DNA from: Thermodesulfobacteriota bacterium
GTDB taxonomy: Bacteria; Desulfobacterota_D; UBA1144; Nemesobacterales; Nemesobacteraceae
DNA length: 64,000 nucleotides
Direction: 5' to 3'
NCBI GenBank assembly: GCA_965202785.1
Contig: OZ241855.1
Location: forward strand, 160,001 to 224,000
Below are positions 21,593 through 30,998 of the stretch, piece by piece. Under the pieces are notes generated by a model. The model worked only from the letters and a program-made list of their open reading frames with translations, made no database searches and was not told the origin of the DNA. Positions within the stretch are counted from its first letter, which is position 1. Each line of letters opens with the position of its first letter. A program made the translations under genes and the position numbers.

Positions 21593-23035
21593 ATGAAGGT
21601 GTTTTTCCATCTGTTTTTTTCGATTGCCGCTGGTCTTGGGCTTCACACGCAAGCGTTCGCCCACGAGTACAGGGGTTTTTCCCATAATCCGGATCTGGAC
21701 ATAAGTGCGGAGAGCGTTGGGGTTGCGGATGAGGCTTCCATAACAAAGATGGCCGTTCACCTGGCAAAGCATATTGAGCTGATCCAGGCTTCGGACCTGA
21801 GCCAGCCGGAGCAGGCAAAGGAGCTCGTGATACTTGGGCAGAGGACCAGGGAGCGGGGAATCTTCAACAATGGCGAGGTTTACTTCGTGCTTGTAAACCC
21901 CGAGGGATACATAGCGAACCACGGGATTTATCCCGACCTGCATTTCAAGAAGTATTTCCCTTCCTTCGAGTTCAAGGACCGCGATGGCATGACAACCGGG
22001 ACCATGGAAACCCTGCTTGCGAGCGAGGCTCCGACATGCGTGAATTACCACTACGGCGGAGAAGACAGGGTGGCGTGCGCGATGGGCGTGAGGGTTTTTT
22101 CCGCGGGTGGCGCCGTAATCAACCTGATGGGGTTTCACCACGCGAGGGATGACTACGACCTGATCGAAGAAGACAACCCCAACTGCGATGTTCCCCTCTA
22201 TAGCCTTCCCGTCACCGCGGGGCAGGTTGACGGTGAGCAGGACCCGCAGAGGAAAGAAGAGCTCCTTGTCGAGTATGTAAAGGCCGTTGCCGAGAAGTTC
22301 AAGCAGCGTAGCGGCGCGACGGCACTGCAGCTGTTCCAGCAGGATCCCGCGCTTGTCGCCCTTGGCGGAGGGCTTGTTCCGGACAGCACGCCGGAACAGG
22401 TGGAAGCGGCCGCGAAAGAGCTTGGGGAGAGGTCCGTCCGAATATCTCTCGGGACGACGAGCTGTCTCGGTAGTGGAGACTACAAAGAGGGCTCCATATA
22501 TGCCTTCATGTTCGCTCCCGAGGATGGCACCGCGGTCATAAACGGGCTTGACTTTCACCGCTACGGAGTAAGCGTTTCACTAACCGACCCGGATCCGATT
22601 CAGTGCGATGGAGCGAATCTCCTCGAGGCTTTTCGCAACGCGGCGACGAATGGAAGCGGAAATCTCATGGATCTGGCGGAGGGAAACAGCGGCTTCGTCA
22701 CATATCACTGGAAGAATCCGACGCTCACCGATGACGGCAACCAGAACTACCTTGAGAAAGGCGAGATTCCCGGCTTCTCCATAAAGAAAAGCTATTTTGA
22801 AGTGGTAGACATAACGCCGCCCGAGCTTGCCACCCTCGGCACTCCTCCGCTCTGGCGCATAGTCGGCTCGGGAATCTATCTTGACGACGCCGAGTATTGC
22901 GAAGAAGGTGACGAAGGGTGTGCAATAGCTTCTACGGCCCCTGTGTCCGGAAGCGCTTTGCTCAACCTGCTTGTGATAGCGGCTGTCGTTTTATCCGTCG
23001 TTGCGGGGAGGCAGAGGAAAAAACTCGATATTTAA
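21593..23035 (+). CDS. Secreted tandem Cache-like domain protein with C-terminal GC-TM-basic anchor
   Basis: Signal peptide ending AFA. Cache_2-like motifs: YFVLVNPEG.IANHG..PDL; GSIYAF, GFVTYHWKNP, KKSYF and IVGSGIY. C-terminus GCAIAS...hydrophobic helix...RQRKK. Confidence 0.75.
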   Translation: MKVFFHLFFSIAAGLGLHTQAFAHEYRGFSHNPDLDISAESVGVADEASITKMAVHLAKHIELIQASDLSQPEQAKELVILGQRTRERGIFNNGEVYFVLVNPEGYIANHGIYPDLHFKKYFPSFEFKDRDGMTTGTMETLLASEAPTCVNYHYGGEDRVACAMGVRVFSAGGAVINLMGFHHARDDYDLIEEDNPNCDVPLYSLPVTAGQVDGEQDPQRKEELLVEYVKAVAEKFKQRSGATALQLFQQDPALVALGGGLVPDSTPEQVEAAAKELGERSVRISLGTTSCLGSGDYKEGSIYAFMFAPEDGTAVINGLDFHRYGVSVSLTDPDPIQCDGANLLEAFRNAATNGSGNLMDLAEGNSGFVTYHWKNPTLTDDGNQNYLEKGEIPGFSIKKSYFEVVDITPPELATLGTPPLWRIVGSGIYLDDAEYCEEGDEGCAIASTAPVSGSALLNLLVIAAVVLSVVAGRQRKKLDI

Positions 23036-23301
23036 GGGGATGAAATACGATTCCAGCTAACCTTAACGGGTGGTATTATCCCCCTCTTCCTGTCTTTTTC
23101 TGCAGGGTTCTTAGGGCCAGGGTTTTTGATAAAAAATGACTTGACCGCATTGCCCATTGCTATGTCTATCAACTTTATGAATTTCGGTTTCTTTGGCATT
23201 CTTCCTTACTCGGTTCACCGTACTTAGTCTTTATTGGGAAGCCCGCTAAGTTGAAAATTATTACAAACTTTGTGGTATAATCGGGCAAAAAAGGAGGAGC
23301 C

Positions 23302-25767
23302 ATGAACCTAAAAAACCTAAAGAAAAATACCAATAGTCACAAGATTCTCCCTGTCGTTGGGGCGGTAATGGCCCTATTGTTTCTTTGCGTATTACCCGGC
23401 AACGTGCAGGCGCAGAGTGAGTCAGAAGCAACTTTGCTTCCATATATCTACGTGATAGGTTCGCGACGGCCCGTTCGCTCAACCACTGACACCGCTTCTC
23501 CCGTAGACGTCATATCAGGCGAAGATTTTACAGATCAGGGAACTGGAGACATGTCTAACCTCCTTCGTACCCTCGTTCCCTCGTACAATGTCGGGCCGAA
23601 TCCAATCAGCGATGCCGCCACGTTCATTCGTCCCGCCAACCTGCGGGGTCTTGCGTCCGATCAGTCTCTGGTTTTTGTAAACGGAAAACGTCGCCACAGG
23701 GCTGCTGTCATCACCTTTCTTGGAAACGGTGTTTCTGAGGGAGCGCAGGGTCCGGACGTAAGCGTCATTCCGGCAATTGCGCTTGATCGCGTCGAGGTTC
23801 TTCGCGACAGCGCCTCCGCACAGTACGGTTCCGACGCCATCGCCGGCGTAATCAACTTCGTGCTCAAGGACAGTCCGGACGGTGGAACTATAGAAACCCA
23901 ATGGGGACAAACGTACGAGGGTGACGGAACCGAGTATCGAGGCGCCTTCAACATCGGCGTACCCGTTACTGAAAGCGGTTTTGCCAATCTCAGCGCCGAA
24001 TGGCGCGAATCCGGACCCACGGTTCGCAGCGTGCAAAGAGACGACGCGGCTCATCTGGTCGCTGCCGGAAACACCCACGTCCGTCAGCCCTACGCCCAGA
24101 TATGGGGAGACCCCGACATAGACGGCGACATAAAAGTTTTCCTTAACTCAGGCATTGAGATAAGTGAACATTTAGAATTCTATGCGTTTGGAAACATAGC
24201 CAGACGGGAAACCGAAGGTGGTTTCTTTTTCCGAAACCCCGAGACACGCAAGGGAGTAAATGTGGACGGAGACGGCAATCCTCTGGAATACACGCTGCCC
24301 TCAGGCGAGATTTTCCGGTGGAGCCAGAGATTTCCGGGCGGTTTTACGCCCCAGTTCAAGGGAGAAGTAAATGACAAGGCTGCAACGCTTGGTTTTCGCG
24401 GCTCTTTGGCCTCAGGTCTAACATACGACACAAGCTACACAATTGGACGAAGCCGGGTGGATTTTTTCATCAGAGATACCATAAACTCCAGTTTGGGACC
24501 GGAATCGCCTACGCAGTTCGAGCTCGGTTCCTATATACAGACCGATCAGACCGCAAATGCGGACCTGACTTACAAATTCGGCGTTCCGATGTTTCATTCG
24601 CCGCTTCACGTCGCCACCGGTGTTGAATGGCGTAGTGAGAATTTCGAGGTCCTCGCGGGCGAAAGAGCCTCATGGGTCGCAGGTCCCCTGGCGCAGGCCG
24701 GCTTCGGTATCGGCGCCAACGGTTTTTCCGGTTTTTCCGATCGGGTAGCCGGTGAGTGGGACCGGTCCAACATTGCCGCCTACGTTGATCTCGAAGCAGA
24801 TGTCTTTTCAAATCTAACCCTCGGGGCAATGGGAAGATGGGAGAAGTTCGACGATTTCGGTTCGACAACGGACGGCAAGCTTGCCGCATTGTTTCGGGTG
24901 GTCCCCGGGTTGAGCCTGCGCGGTTCCGCAAGCACGGGCTTCAGGGTACCCACCGTGGGTCAGGAGAATATTCAGAACGTTACAACGGAGTTTCAATCCG
25001 GAGGATTGCGGCAGATAGGAACCATCCCCGCTACCTGCCCGGAAGCGAAACTGGCCGGCGCAGAACCTCTCGAGCCCGAAGAGTCGCTGACGTTCACTCT
25101 GGGTCTCGTGGCGGAGTCAGGTCCTGTTTCGCTCACGGCGGATTATTTCAACATCAGGGTAAATGACCGCTTGGGGAAATCAAAAGACATCAGAATCAAC
25201 CGGCGAATTCAAGGCAGCTGCCTTGAAGCTCAGGATGTACTTGAGTTCAGTTACTATGGAAACGGGTTTGATACGCGCACTAAGGGTATCGACATCGTCG
25301 CAACGGTCGATGTTTCTCCGCTGCTTGGACACGGTGAGACAAAATTTGTAGTAGTAGGCAACTGGACCGATACGCAGGTAGTCAAGCATGATCCGAACTT
25401 TCTTGATGAAAAGCGTATTCTCCAGCTTGAAAAAGTCCTTCCCGACTACAGGTTCAACGCTACGCTTCATCACGGCCGCAACGCATTGAGCGGCCTTGTG
25501 CGCCTTAATTACTTCGGTTCCTACTCAGAAACCCACGTTGACGATTTAGAGCTTCTTATCCATCCAGGCGATGAGATCACGCTTGATGCCGAGATAAGCT
25601 ACCTGCTGATGAACAGTGTTGAAGTGAGCGTTGGCGCGGAAAATATCTTCAACAACTTCCCCGATAGAAATCCCTACGCCGGGGAAGTAGGGGCGAAGTA
25701 TCCGGAATCTTCACCGATGGGCCTAGCCGGCGGTTTCTACTACGGAAGACTCCGTTACCTGTTCTGA
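23302..25767 (+). CDS. TonB-dependent outer membrane receptor
   Basis: Signal peptide; plug motifs LRGL..DQ.LV.VNGKRRH and RVEVLRD.ASAQYGSDAIAGVINF; C-terminal F. Extended -10 TGGTATAAT upstream. Confidence 0.95.
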   Translation: MNLKNLKKNTNSHKILPVVGAVMALLFLCVLPGNVQAQSESEATLLPYIYVIGSRRPVRSTTDTASPVDVISGEDFTDQGTGDMSNLLRTLVPSYNVGPNPISDAATFIRPANLRGLASDQSLVFVNGKRRHRAAVITFLGNGVSEGAQGPDVSVIPAIALDRVEVLRDSASAQYGSDAIAGVINFVLKDSPDGGTIETQWGQTYEGDGTEYRGAFNIGVPVTESGFANLSAEWRESGPTVRSVQRDDAAHLVAAGNTHVRQPYAQIWGDPDIDGDIKVFLNSGIEISEHLEFYAFGNIARRETEGGFFFRNPETRKGVNVDGDGNPLEYTLPSGEIFRWSQRFPGGFTPQFKGEVNDKAATLGFRGSLASGLTYDTSYTIGRSRVDFFIRDTINSSLGPESPTQFELGSYIQTDQTANADLTYKFGVPMFHSPLHVATGVEWRSENFEVLAGERASWVAGPLAQAGFGIGANGFSGFSDRVAGEWDRSNIAAYVDLEADVFSNLTLGAMGRWEKFDDFGSTTDGKLAALFRVVPGLSLRGSASTGFRVPTVGQENIQNVTTEFQSGGLRQIGTIPATCPEAKLAGAEPLEPEESLTFTLGLVAESGPVSLTADYFNIRVNDRLGKSKDIRINRRIQGSCLEAQDVLEFSYYGNGFDTRTKGIDIVATVDVSPLLGHGETKFVVVGNWTDTQVVKHDPNFLDEKRILQLEKVLPDYRFNATLHHGRNALSGLVRLNYFGSYSETHVDDLELLIHPGDEITLDAEISYLLMNSVEVSVGAENIFNNFPDRNPYAGEVGAKYPESSPMGLAGGFYYGRLRYLF

Positions 25768-25858
25768 GTGAAGAGGCCACAGAAGGGTTATGAACCCGAT
25801 AATCTGCCAATGATGACGGCAACAAACGCAACAATACCGCTCGTTGTTTCCGGAGCGG

Positions 25859-26212
25859 CTATTTTATGAAAACCATCTCGCTGTCTTTATTCGGCAGAAC
25901 CGACAGAATCTCAAAAGGTTCTTCTCCGTAAGCTTCATACCAGTGCGGCTCTCCGGCGGGGATGAAGACAACGTCACCCCTTGCCACTTCATAAACCTGA
26001 TCCCCGATTCCGACCCTTGCCGTGCCGCCAAGGACATACTGCTCATGCTCGGCGCCGCTTGTATGAGCGGGAATGCCGCCCCCGGGTTCAATGACAAGCT
26101 TCCTCATAGAAAAATTAGGACCCTCCTCGGGACCTATGAGCATTTGTCTTGAAACGCCGCTTCCCGACTCCAAGACCTCGCTCTCTATATCGTCAATTCT
26201 TTTTACATGCAT
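25859..26212 (-). CDS. Cupin domain protein (paralog 2)
   Basis: Same motifs as 20967-21323; about 60% identical by manual alignment. Confidence 0.9.
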   Translation of the reverse strand: MHVKRIDDIESEVLESGSGVSRQMLIGPEEGPNFSMRKLVIEPGGGIPAHTSGAEHEQYVLGGTARVGIGDQVYEVARGDVVFIPAGEPHWYEAYGEEPFEILSVLPNKDSEMVFIK

Positions 26213-26506
26213 GCGCTTTTACCTCCAAACTGAATTCTGACTTTTACTTATAGTATCCCATGATTTTATATACAGATAATTTATTAAAATCTTATTTATC
26301 TTTCGTTCAATGCAGGTGAAGCATCGCCGGGAAATAAGCAAAGTGGATGAGAAAAGACGTCCAGGGGGAAAATCCGCCAACCGGCATATCGCATCATTTT
26401 CCCCTGATATAAAACGAAATTCACAACCGCGCATTTCTAAAAAACCCGTTTTTGTGTAGATTGATTAGCTACGGAACCGCGACGGTTCATCTCTTTGGAG
26501 AACAAT

Positions 26507-26609
<103 letters not shown>

Positions 26610-26622
26610 TTTTAAAAAAAAT

Positions 26623-28320
26623 ATGGCTTATAGAGTACTCGCCCGCAAGTGGCGCCCCCAGACTTTCGAAGACCTCGTCGGTCAGGAATTCCCCGCCGTA
26701 ACCCTCAGAAACTCAATCGAGTCCGGGAAGATAGCCCACGCGCTGCTTTTCGCCGGCCCGAGAGGCACGGGCAAGACATCCACGGCGAGAATTGTCGCCA
26801 AGGCCGTAAACTGCGAGAAAAAAGACGGGAGTAAGTACCCCTGCTCAACCGATCAGTGCTCAATCTGTGAGGGAATATCGGAGGGAAAATCGCTTGACGT
26901 GCAGGAGATTGACGCCGCGTCACACACGGGCGTGGCCGACGTTCGCGAGATCATAGAGAGCGTTAAATACTCCCCGGCTTCGGCAAGAAAGAAAGTCTAC
27001 ATAATCGACGAAGTGCACATGCTCTCCCAGTCGGCCTTCAACGCGCTTCTTAAAATAATGGAAGAACCCCCCGAGCACGCGATTTTCATACTGGCGACCA
27101 CCGAGGCCCACAAGGTTCCCCCGACCATCATGTCCCGCTGCCAGAGATACGACTTCAAGAAGATACCGGTCGAGAAAATAAAGGAATCCCTCGACAAGAT
27201 AACAAAGGCGGAGGGAATAAAGATCGACACGGAAACCCTCTACCTGATCGCGAGGGAATCGGAGGGAAGCATGAGGGACTCGCTGAGCCTGCTTGACCAG
27301 CTGACGGTGTCCTTCGAAGACAAAATAACCCACACAGACGTGATAAGCCTGCTCGGCATACCGGATAACGAGTCGCTTAAAAACATCCTTAGAGCCGTTT
27401 TCGCCAAGGAGCCGGCAAAATGCGTGGAGCTTGTGCGAAACGCCGCGTCGAAGGGGATAAGCCCGAGGAGAATGGCCCAGGACATCATCTACATGATGAG
27501 GAACCTGCTCTACCTTAAGATCTGCGGCAAGGATTTTGTTTCCGACCTGTCCCCGGATGAAAAAGACGAACTTTCAGAACTTGTAAAGAACGAATCCACG
27601 GAAACCGTGGAACTCCTTTTTAACGTAATAATCGACGGGGGAGAGAAAATACGCGGCTCCTTTTACCCGGAAATCGTTCTTGAACTTGCGCTTGTAAAGA
27701 TGAGCACGGTCGGCAAAGTCGAAAAGATAGACGATATTCTGAAAAGGCTTGAGAGACTGTCTCCGCAGGATTCCGGCACGGGGAAAACACCGAGTCCCCC
27801 GGGAGGGCAGAGGGAAACCGCGGCGCGCGGTCCCGAGAAACGGCAAAATAAACCCGCAGAGAAAAAGAGCAGGCACGTTGAAGAAAAAGACGCGGGCGAA
27901 AACGAAAAAACGGCAAAGCAAACACCCGCGGCCGCGGCCGGGGAGCAAACCTCGGGCGGCGGTCCCGCAAAACAGGAAATCGTTGACTTTGTGCACGGCA
28001 AAGACAAGTTTTTAGCAAGAAAGCTTGCCCAGGCACACCTCCTTGAAGTAAGCGGGGACCGGGTGAGCGTGAAATTTCTTAAAAACGGCATAAATCATGA
28101 AAAAGAGCTTAAAAAATCGAGAAAACTAAGAGATATACTAAGGGAAATGCTCGGCGTTGAGAAAATAAGGCTCGATATCGACACCGTAAACGAAGAGGGA
28201 ATTAACGGGACCGGTGGTACTAAGAAAAAGCCTGATCCCGCGGAAGATGAGATAGTTAACTACGCAATCCGGCAGTTTGACGCCAGCGTGATAAAAAGAA
28301 AAAATTTAAGCCAGGGGTGA
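26623..28320 (+). CDS. dnaX: DNA polymerase III subunit gamma/tau
   Basis: YRVLARKWRPQTF, GPRGTGKT, IIDEVHML and SRCQ motifs. Start set at ATG 26623, after ffs. Confidence 0.96.
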   Translation: MAYRVLARKWRPQTFEDLVGQEFPAVTLRNSIESGKIAHALLFAGPRGTGKTSTARIVAKAVNCEKKDGSKYPCSTDQCSICEGISEGKSLDVQEIDAASHTGVADVREIIESVKYSPASARKKVYIIDEVHMLSQSAFNALLKIMEEPPEHAIFILATTEAHKVPPTIMSRCQRYDFKKIPVEKIKESLDKITKAEGIKIDTETLYLIARESEGSMRDSLSLLDQLTVSFEDKITHTDVISLLGIPDNESLKNILRAVFAKEPAKCVELVRNAASKGISPRRMAQDIIYMMRNLLYLKICGKDFVSDLSPDEKDELSELVKNESTETVELLFNVIIDGGEKIRGSFYPEIVLELALVKMSTVGKVEKIDDILKRLERLSPQDSGTGKTPSPPGGQRETAARGPEKRQNKPAEKKSRHVEEKDAGENEKTAKQTPAAAAGEQTSGGGPAKQEIVDFVHGKDKFLARKLAQAHLLEVSGDRVSVKFLKNGINHEKELKKSRKLRDILREMLGVEKIRLDIDTVNEEGINGTGGTKKKPDPAEDEIVNYAIRQFDASVIKRKNLSQG

Positions 28321-28324
28321 AAAG

Positions 28325-28648
28325 ATGAAATTAGGCGGAAACATGAAGAACATCATGAAGCAGATGGGGAAGATGAAGGAGCAGATGGAACGCCTTCAGA
28401 ACGAGGCAGGGGAAAAAACCGTGGAAGCTTCTTCCGGGGGCGGAATGGTCACGGTTATCGCAAAAGCAAAGGGGGAAATAGTATCAATAGTAGTAGAACC
28501 CGAAATAATAAGCGAAACCGACGTTGAGATGCTCCAGGACCTTGTGACCGCCGCCGTAAACGAGGCCCTTTACAAGGGACAGGAGCTTATGAAAGACGAA
28601 GTCTCGCGCTTCACCGCCGGCATGGGACTTCCGCCGGGGCTTATCTGA
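28325..28648 (+). CDS. ybaB: YbaB/EbfC nucleoid-associated protein
   Basis: SGGGMVTV and D.EMLQDLV.AAVNEA; lies between dnaX and recR. Confidence 0.95.
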   Translation: MKLGGNMKNIMKQMGKMKEQMERLQNEAGEKTVEASSGGGMVTVIAKAKGEIVSIVVEPEIISETDVEMLQDLVTAAVNEALYKGQELMKDEVSRFTAGMGLPPGLI

Positions 28649-28649
28649 G

Positions 28650-29255
28650 ATGCAAAGAACCGGCCTTCCCGAGCCGATCTCAAGACTGATAGAAGAGCTT
28701 TCCAAGCTTCCGGGAATCGGCGAGAAAAACGCAACACGCCTTGCATTTCACATATTTCGATCATCAGAAGGCTACGCGCGCAGTCTCTCAAGCGCGATAA
28801 TCAGGACCAAATCCGACGTCAGCACGTGCAGCACATGCTTTAACTTCACGGAGAAGGATCCGTGCGCGATTTGCACTGACCCATCAAGAGACAACCACAT
28901 TCTCTGCGTCGTTGAAGAACCACTTGACCTGCTGGCAATTGAGAGAAGCGGGGAGTTCCGGGGAAAATACCATGTCCTCCACGGAGTAATCTCTCCCCTT
29001 GAGGGCGTGGGTCCAGAGGATCTTCGTATAAAAGAACTTCTGGCAAGAGCGGAACGCGAGGATATAAGGGAAATAATAGTCGCGACCGGCACTAACGTCG
29101 AAGGCGAGGCTACCGCTGTTTATCTTTCAAGAACAATAAAACCCCTCGGGATCAGAACCTCTAGAATAGCCTACGGAATACCCGTCGGCGGAGATATAGA
29201 GTTCATAGACGAACTCACGCTCGGCAAGGCACTTCGGGACAGAAAGGAAATGTAA
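28650..29255 (+). CDS. recR: Recombination mediator RecR
   Basis: LPGIG.K.A.RLA, C4 zinc finger, YHVLHG.ISP and EGEATA motifs. Confidence 0.97.
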   Translation: MQRTGLPEPISRLIEELSKLPGIGEKNATRLAFHIFRSSEGYARSLSSAIIRTKSDVSTCSTCFNFTEKDPCAICTDPSRDNHILCVVEEPLDLLAIERSGEFRGKYHVLHGVISPLEGVGPEDLRIKELLARAEREDIREIIVATGTNVEGEATAVYLSRTIKPLGIRTSRIAYGIPVGGDIEFIDELTLGKALRDRKEM

Positions 29256-29264
29256 CCCAGCGTC

Positions 29265-30920
29265 TCACCCGTCGCCCGTGGTTTTCCTCGATACGAACGC
29301 AGCTTCAAGAATCAGCCAGACGGCAAGAATGAGCATTATCGCCGAGAGGCTGAAAAGAAGCGTGTTATGCAGAAAATACTTAAGGTTGAAAAATATGGAG
29401 GCCGTTGTCATGGCCACCAGGAAAATCATCGGCACGAGCGTGTAGATAAACGGTTTTTTCAATCTTCTCAGGTAAAGGGTAATCAGAAGCAGCGTGATTC
29501 CGGCTATCAGCTGGTTCGTAGCGCCGAAAAGAGGCCAGAGCAGAAATCCTCCCGAGCCCGGCCCCTTGCCGGGGACCTGAGCGAAAAGCGCTAGGGCAAG
29601 CGGAGGCACGATGGCGAAAAACGCCCCGATGTACCTGTTCTTAAGAGACTTGATTCCGTAGGCCTCCCCGAGTTCGCCTATAACGATCCTCTGTATCCTG
29701 GCCCCGGTATCAAGGGAAGTCGCCGCGAAACTTATCACTATCACGCTTATAAGGGTGGTCCCCAGCACCTCGGGGATATGTATTGAGGTAAGAAAGGTCG
29801 AACTTCCCATGACAAAATTCGCTATGCCGCCGCTTGATGCCGCTTCCCACGAATGATAGTGCTTGAGCCATGAACTGCGCTCTATCCCTGCCGCGACCGC
29901 GAGAGTCGCTATCATGGCTAGCGTGCCCTCCCCCAGCATGCCCCCGTAACCCACGAACCTTGAGTGCGACATCTTGTCAAGCTGCTTTGAGGTGGTTCCG
30001 CTCGCGACAAGACCGTGGAATCCGCTTACCGCTCCGCACGCAACGGTTATGAAAAGAAACGGAAACACGGGAAGCCCGTCGGCGGCAAAGTTAATGGCTG
30101 GGGCCTGCATCTCGGGATGCGCGACCATTATCCCCGTTATAAGTATCGAGAGACCCACGAAAAGATGGATTCCGTTTATGTAGTCCCTGGGCTGAAGAAG
30201 CATCCACACGGGAAGAACCGAGGCCACGAAGGAGTAGACCATTAGGATGATTACCCACGTCACCACCTGGCTTCCCATCACCTCGGGGATGGTCAGGGGA
30301 AATTTGGTGCCCGCCCAGATCATGAAGTAAAGAAGCGCAAGCGCGATTATTGACGGCCAGAGTATGGGAACGTTCTTCCTGTAGAAGAGAAATCCGATAA
30401 CAAGCGCCACAAGTATCTGGAAATTCACCGGAAGCACGCTCGCGGGAAAGTTTACGAAAAGAACCGCGATTGCGTAGGCAAAAACTGCTATCACGAAAAA
30501 GACCAGAAAGCAGACTATGAGAAGAAAAAGGGTTCTTCCCCTCGGGCTTATGAATATGCCGGCCAGGTCCCCGACGGATCTTCCCCTGTTTCTTGCCGAG
30601 ATAACCAGAGCGCCGAAATCATGAACGGCCCCGATGAAAATCGTTCCGAACACGACCCAGATAATCGCCGGAACCCAGCCCCAGAACACGGCTATGGCCG
30701 GCCCTATTATAGGAGCGGCACCCGCTATGGAGGCGAAATGATGGCCGAAAAGAATATGTCTGCCGGCAGGAACGTAATCCACGCCGTCTCGCAACTGGTG
30801 GGCAGGAGTAGGCTCCCCGTCTTTTACTCCGTAGACTTTCTCGGAGATGAACTTCGAGTAATATCTGTACCCGACCAGGTAAAAAGCTATTACGACTATC
30901 GCTATTACGGCTGCGTTCAT
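29265..30920 (-). CDS. cstA: Carbon starvation protein A family transporter
   Basis: DGVDYVP, GHHFASIAGAAPIIGP, ACGAVSGFH and WPLFGATNQL motifs. Confidence 0.93.
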   Translation of the reverse strand: MNAAVIAIVVIAFYLVGYRYYSKFISEKVYGVKDGEPTPAHQLRDGVDYVPAGRHILFGHHFASIAGAAPIIGPAIAVFWGWVPAIIWVVFGTIFIGAVHDFGALVISARNRGRSVGDLAGIFISPRGRTLFLLIVCFLVFFVIAVFAYAIAVLFVNFPASVLPVNFQILVALVIGFLFYRKNVPILWPSIIALALLYFMIWAGTKFPLTIPEVMGSQVVTWVIILMVYSFVASVLPVWMLLQPRDYINGIHLFVGLSILITGIMVAHPEMQAPAINFAADGLPVFPFLFITVACGAVSGFHGLVASGTTSKQLDKMSHSRFVGYGGMLGEGTLAMIATLAVAAGIERSSWLKHYHSWEAASSGGIANFVMGSSTFLTSIHIPEVLGTTLISVIVISFAATSLDTGARIQRIVIGELGEAYGIKSLKNRYIGAFFAIVPPLALALFAQVPGKGPGSGGFLLWPLFGATNQLIAGITLLLITLYLRRLKKPFIYTLVPMIFLVAMTTASIFFNLKYFLHNTLLFSLSAIMLILAVWLILEAAFVSRKTTGDG

Positions 30921-30998
30921 CCGGAGTTCCCTTAAATCAGATAATCGGGGGTTTCATCATTATAAAGAAAAAACCGCAGGACTGAAACTGGGCTGCGC

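Noticed and set aside
21326-22558. 410-aa minus-strand ORF and other long antisense ORFs (e.g. 13434-14426, 34908-36014, 43358-44356)
   Set aside because: They overlap well-supported genes on the opposite strand and show no recognisable motifs.
23036-23301. Riboswitch (cobalamin or TPP), Fur box or Pho box upstream of the TBDR
   Set aside because: No consensus motif recognised, and the predicted 5' UTR is too short for a riboswitch.
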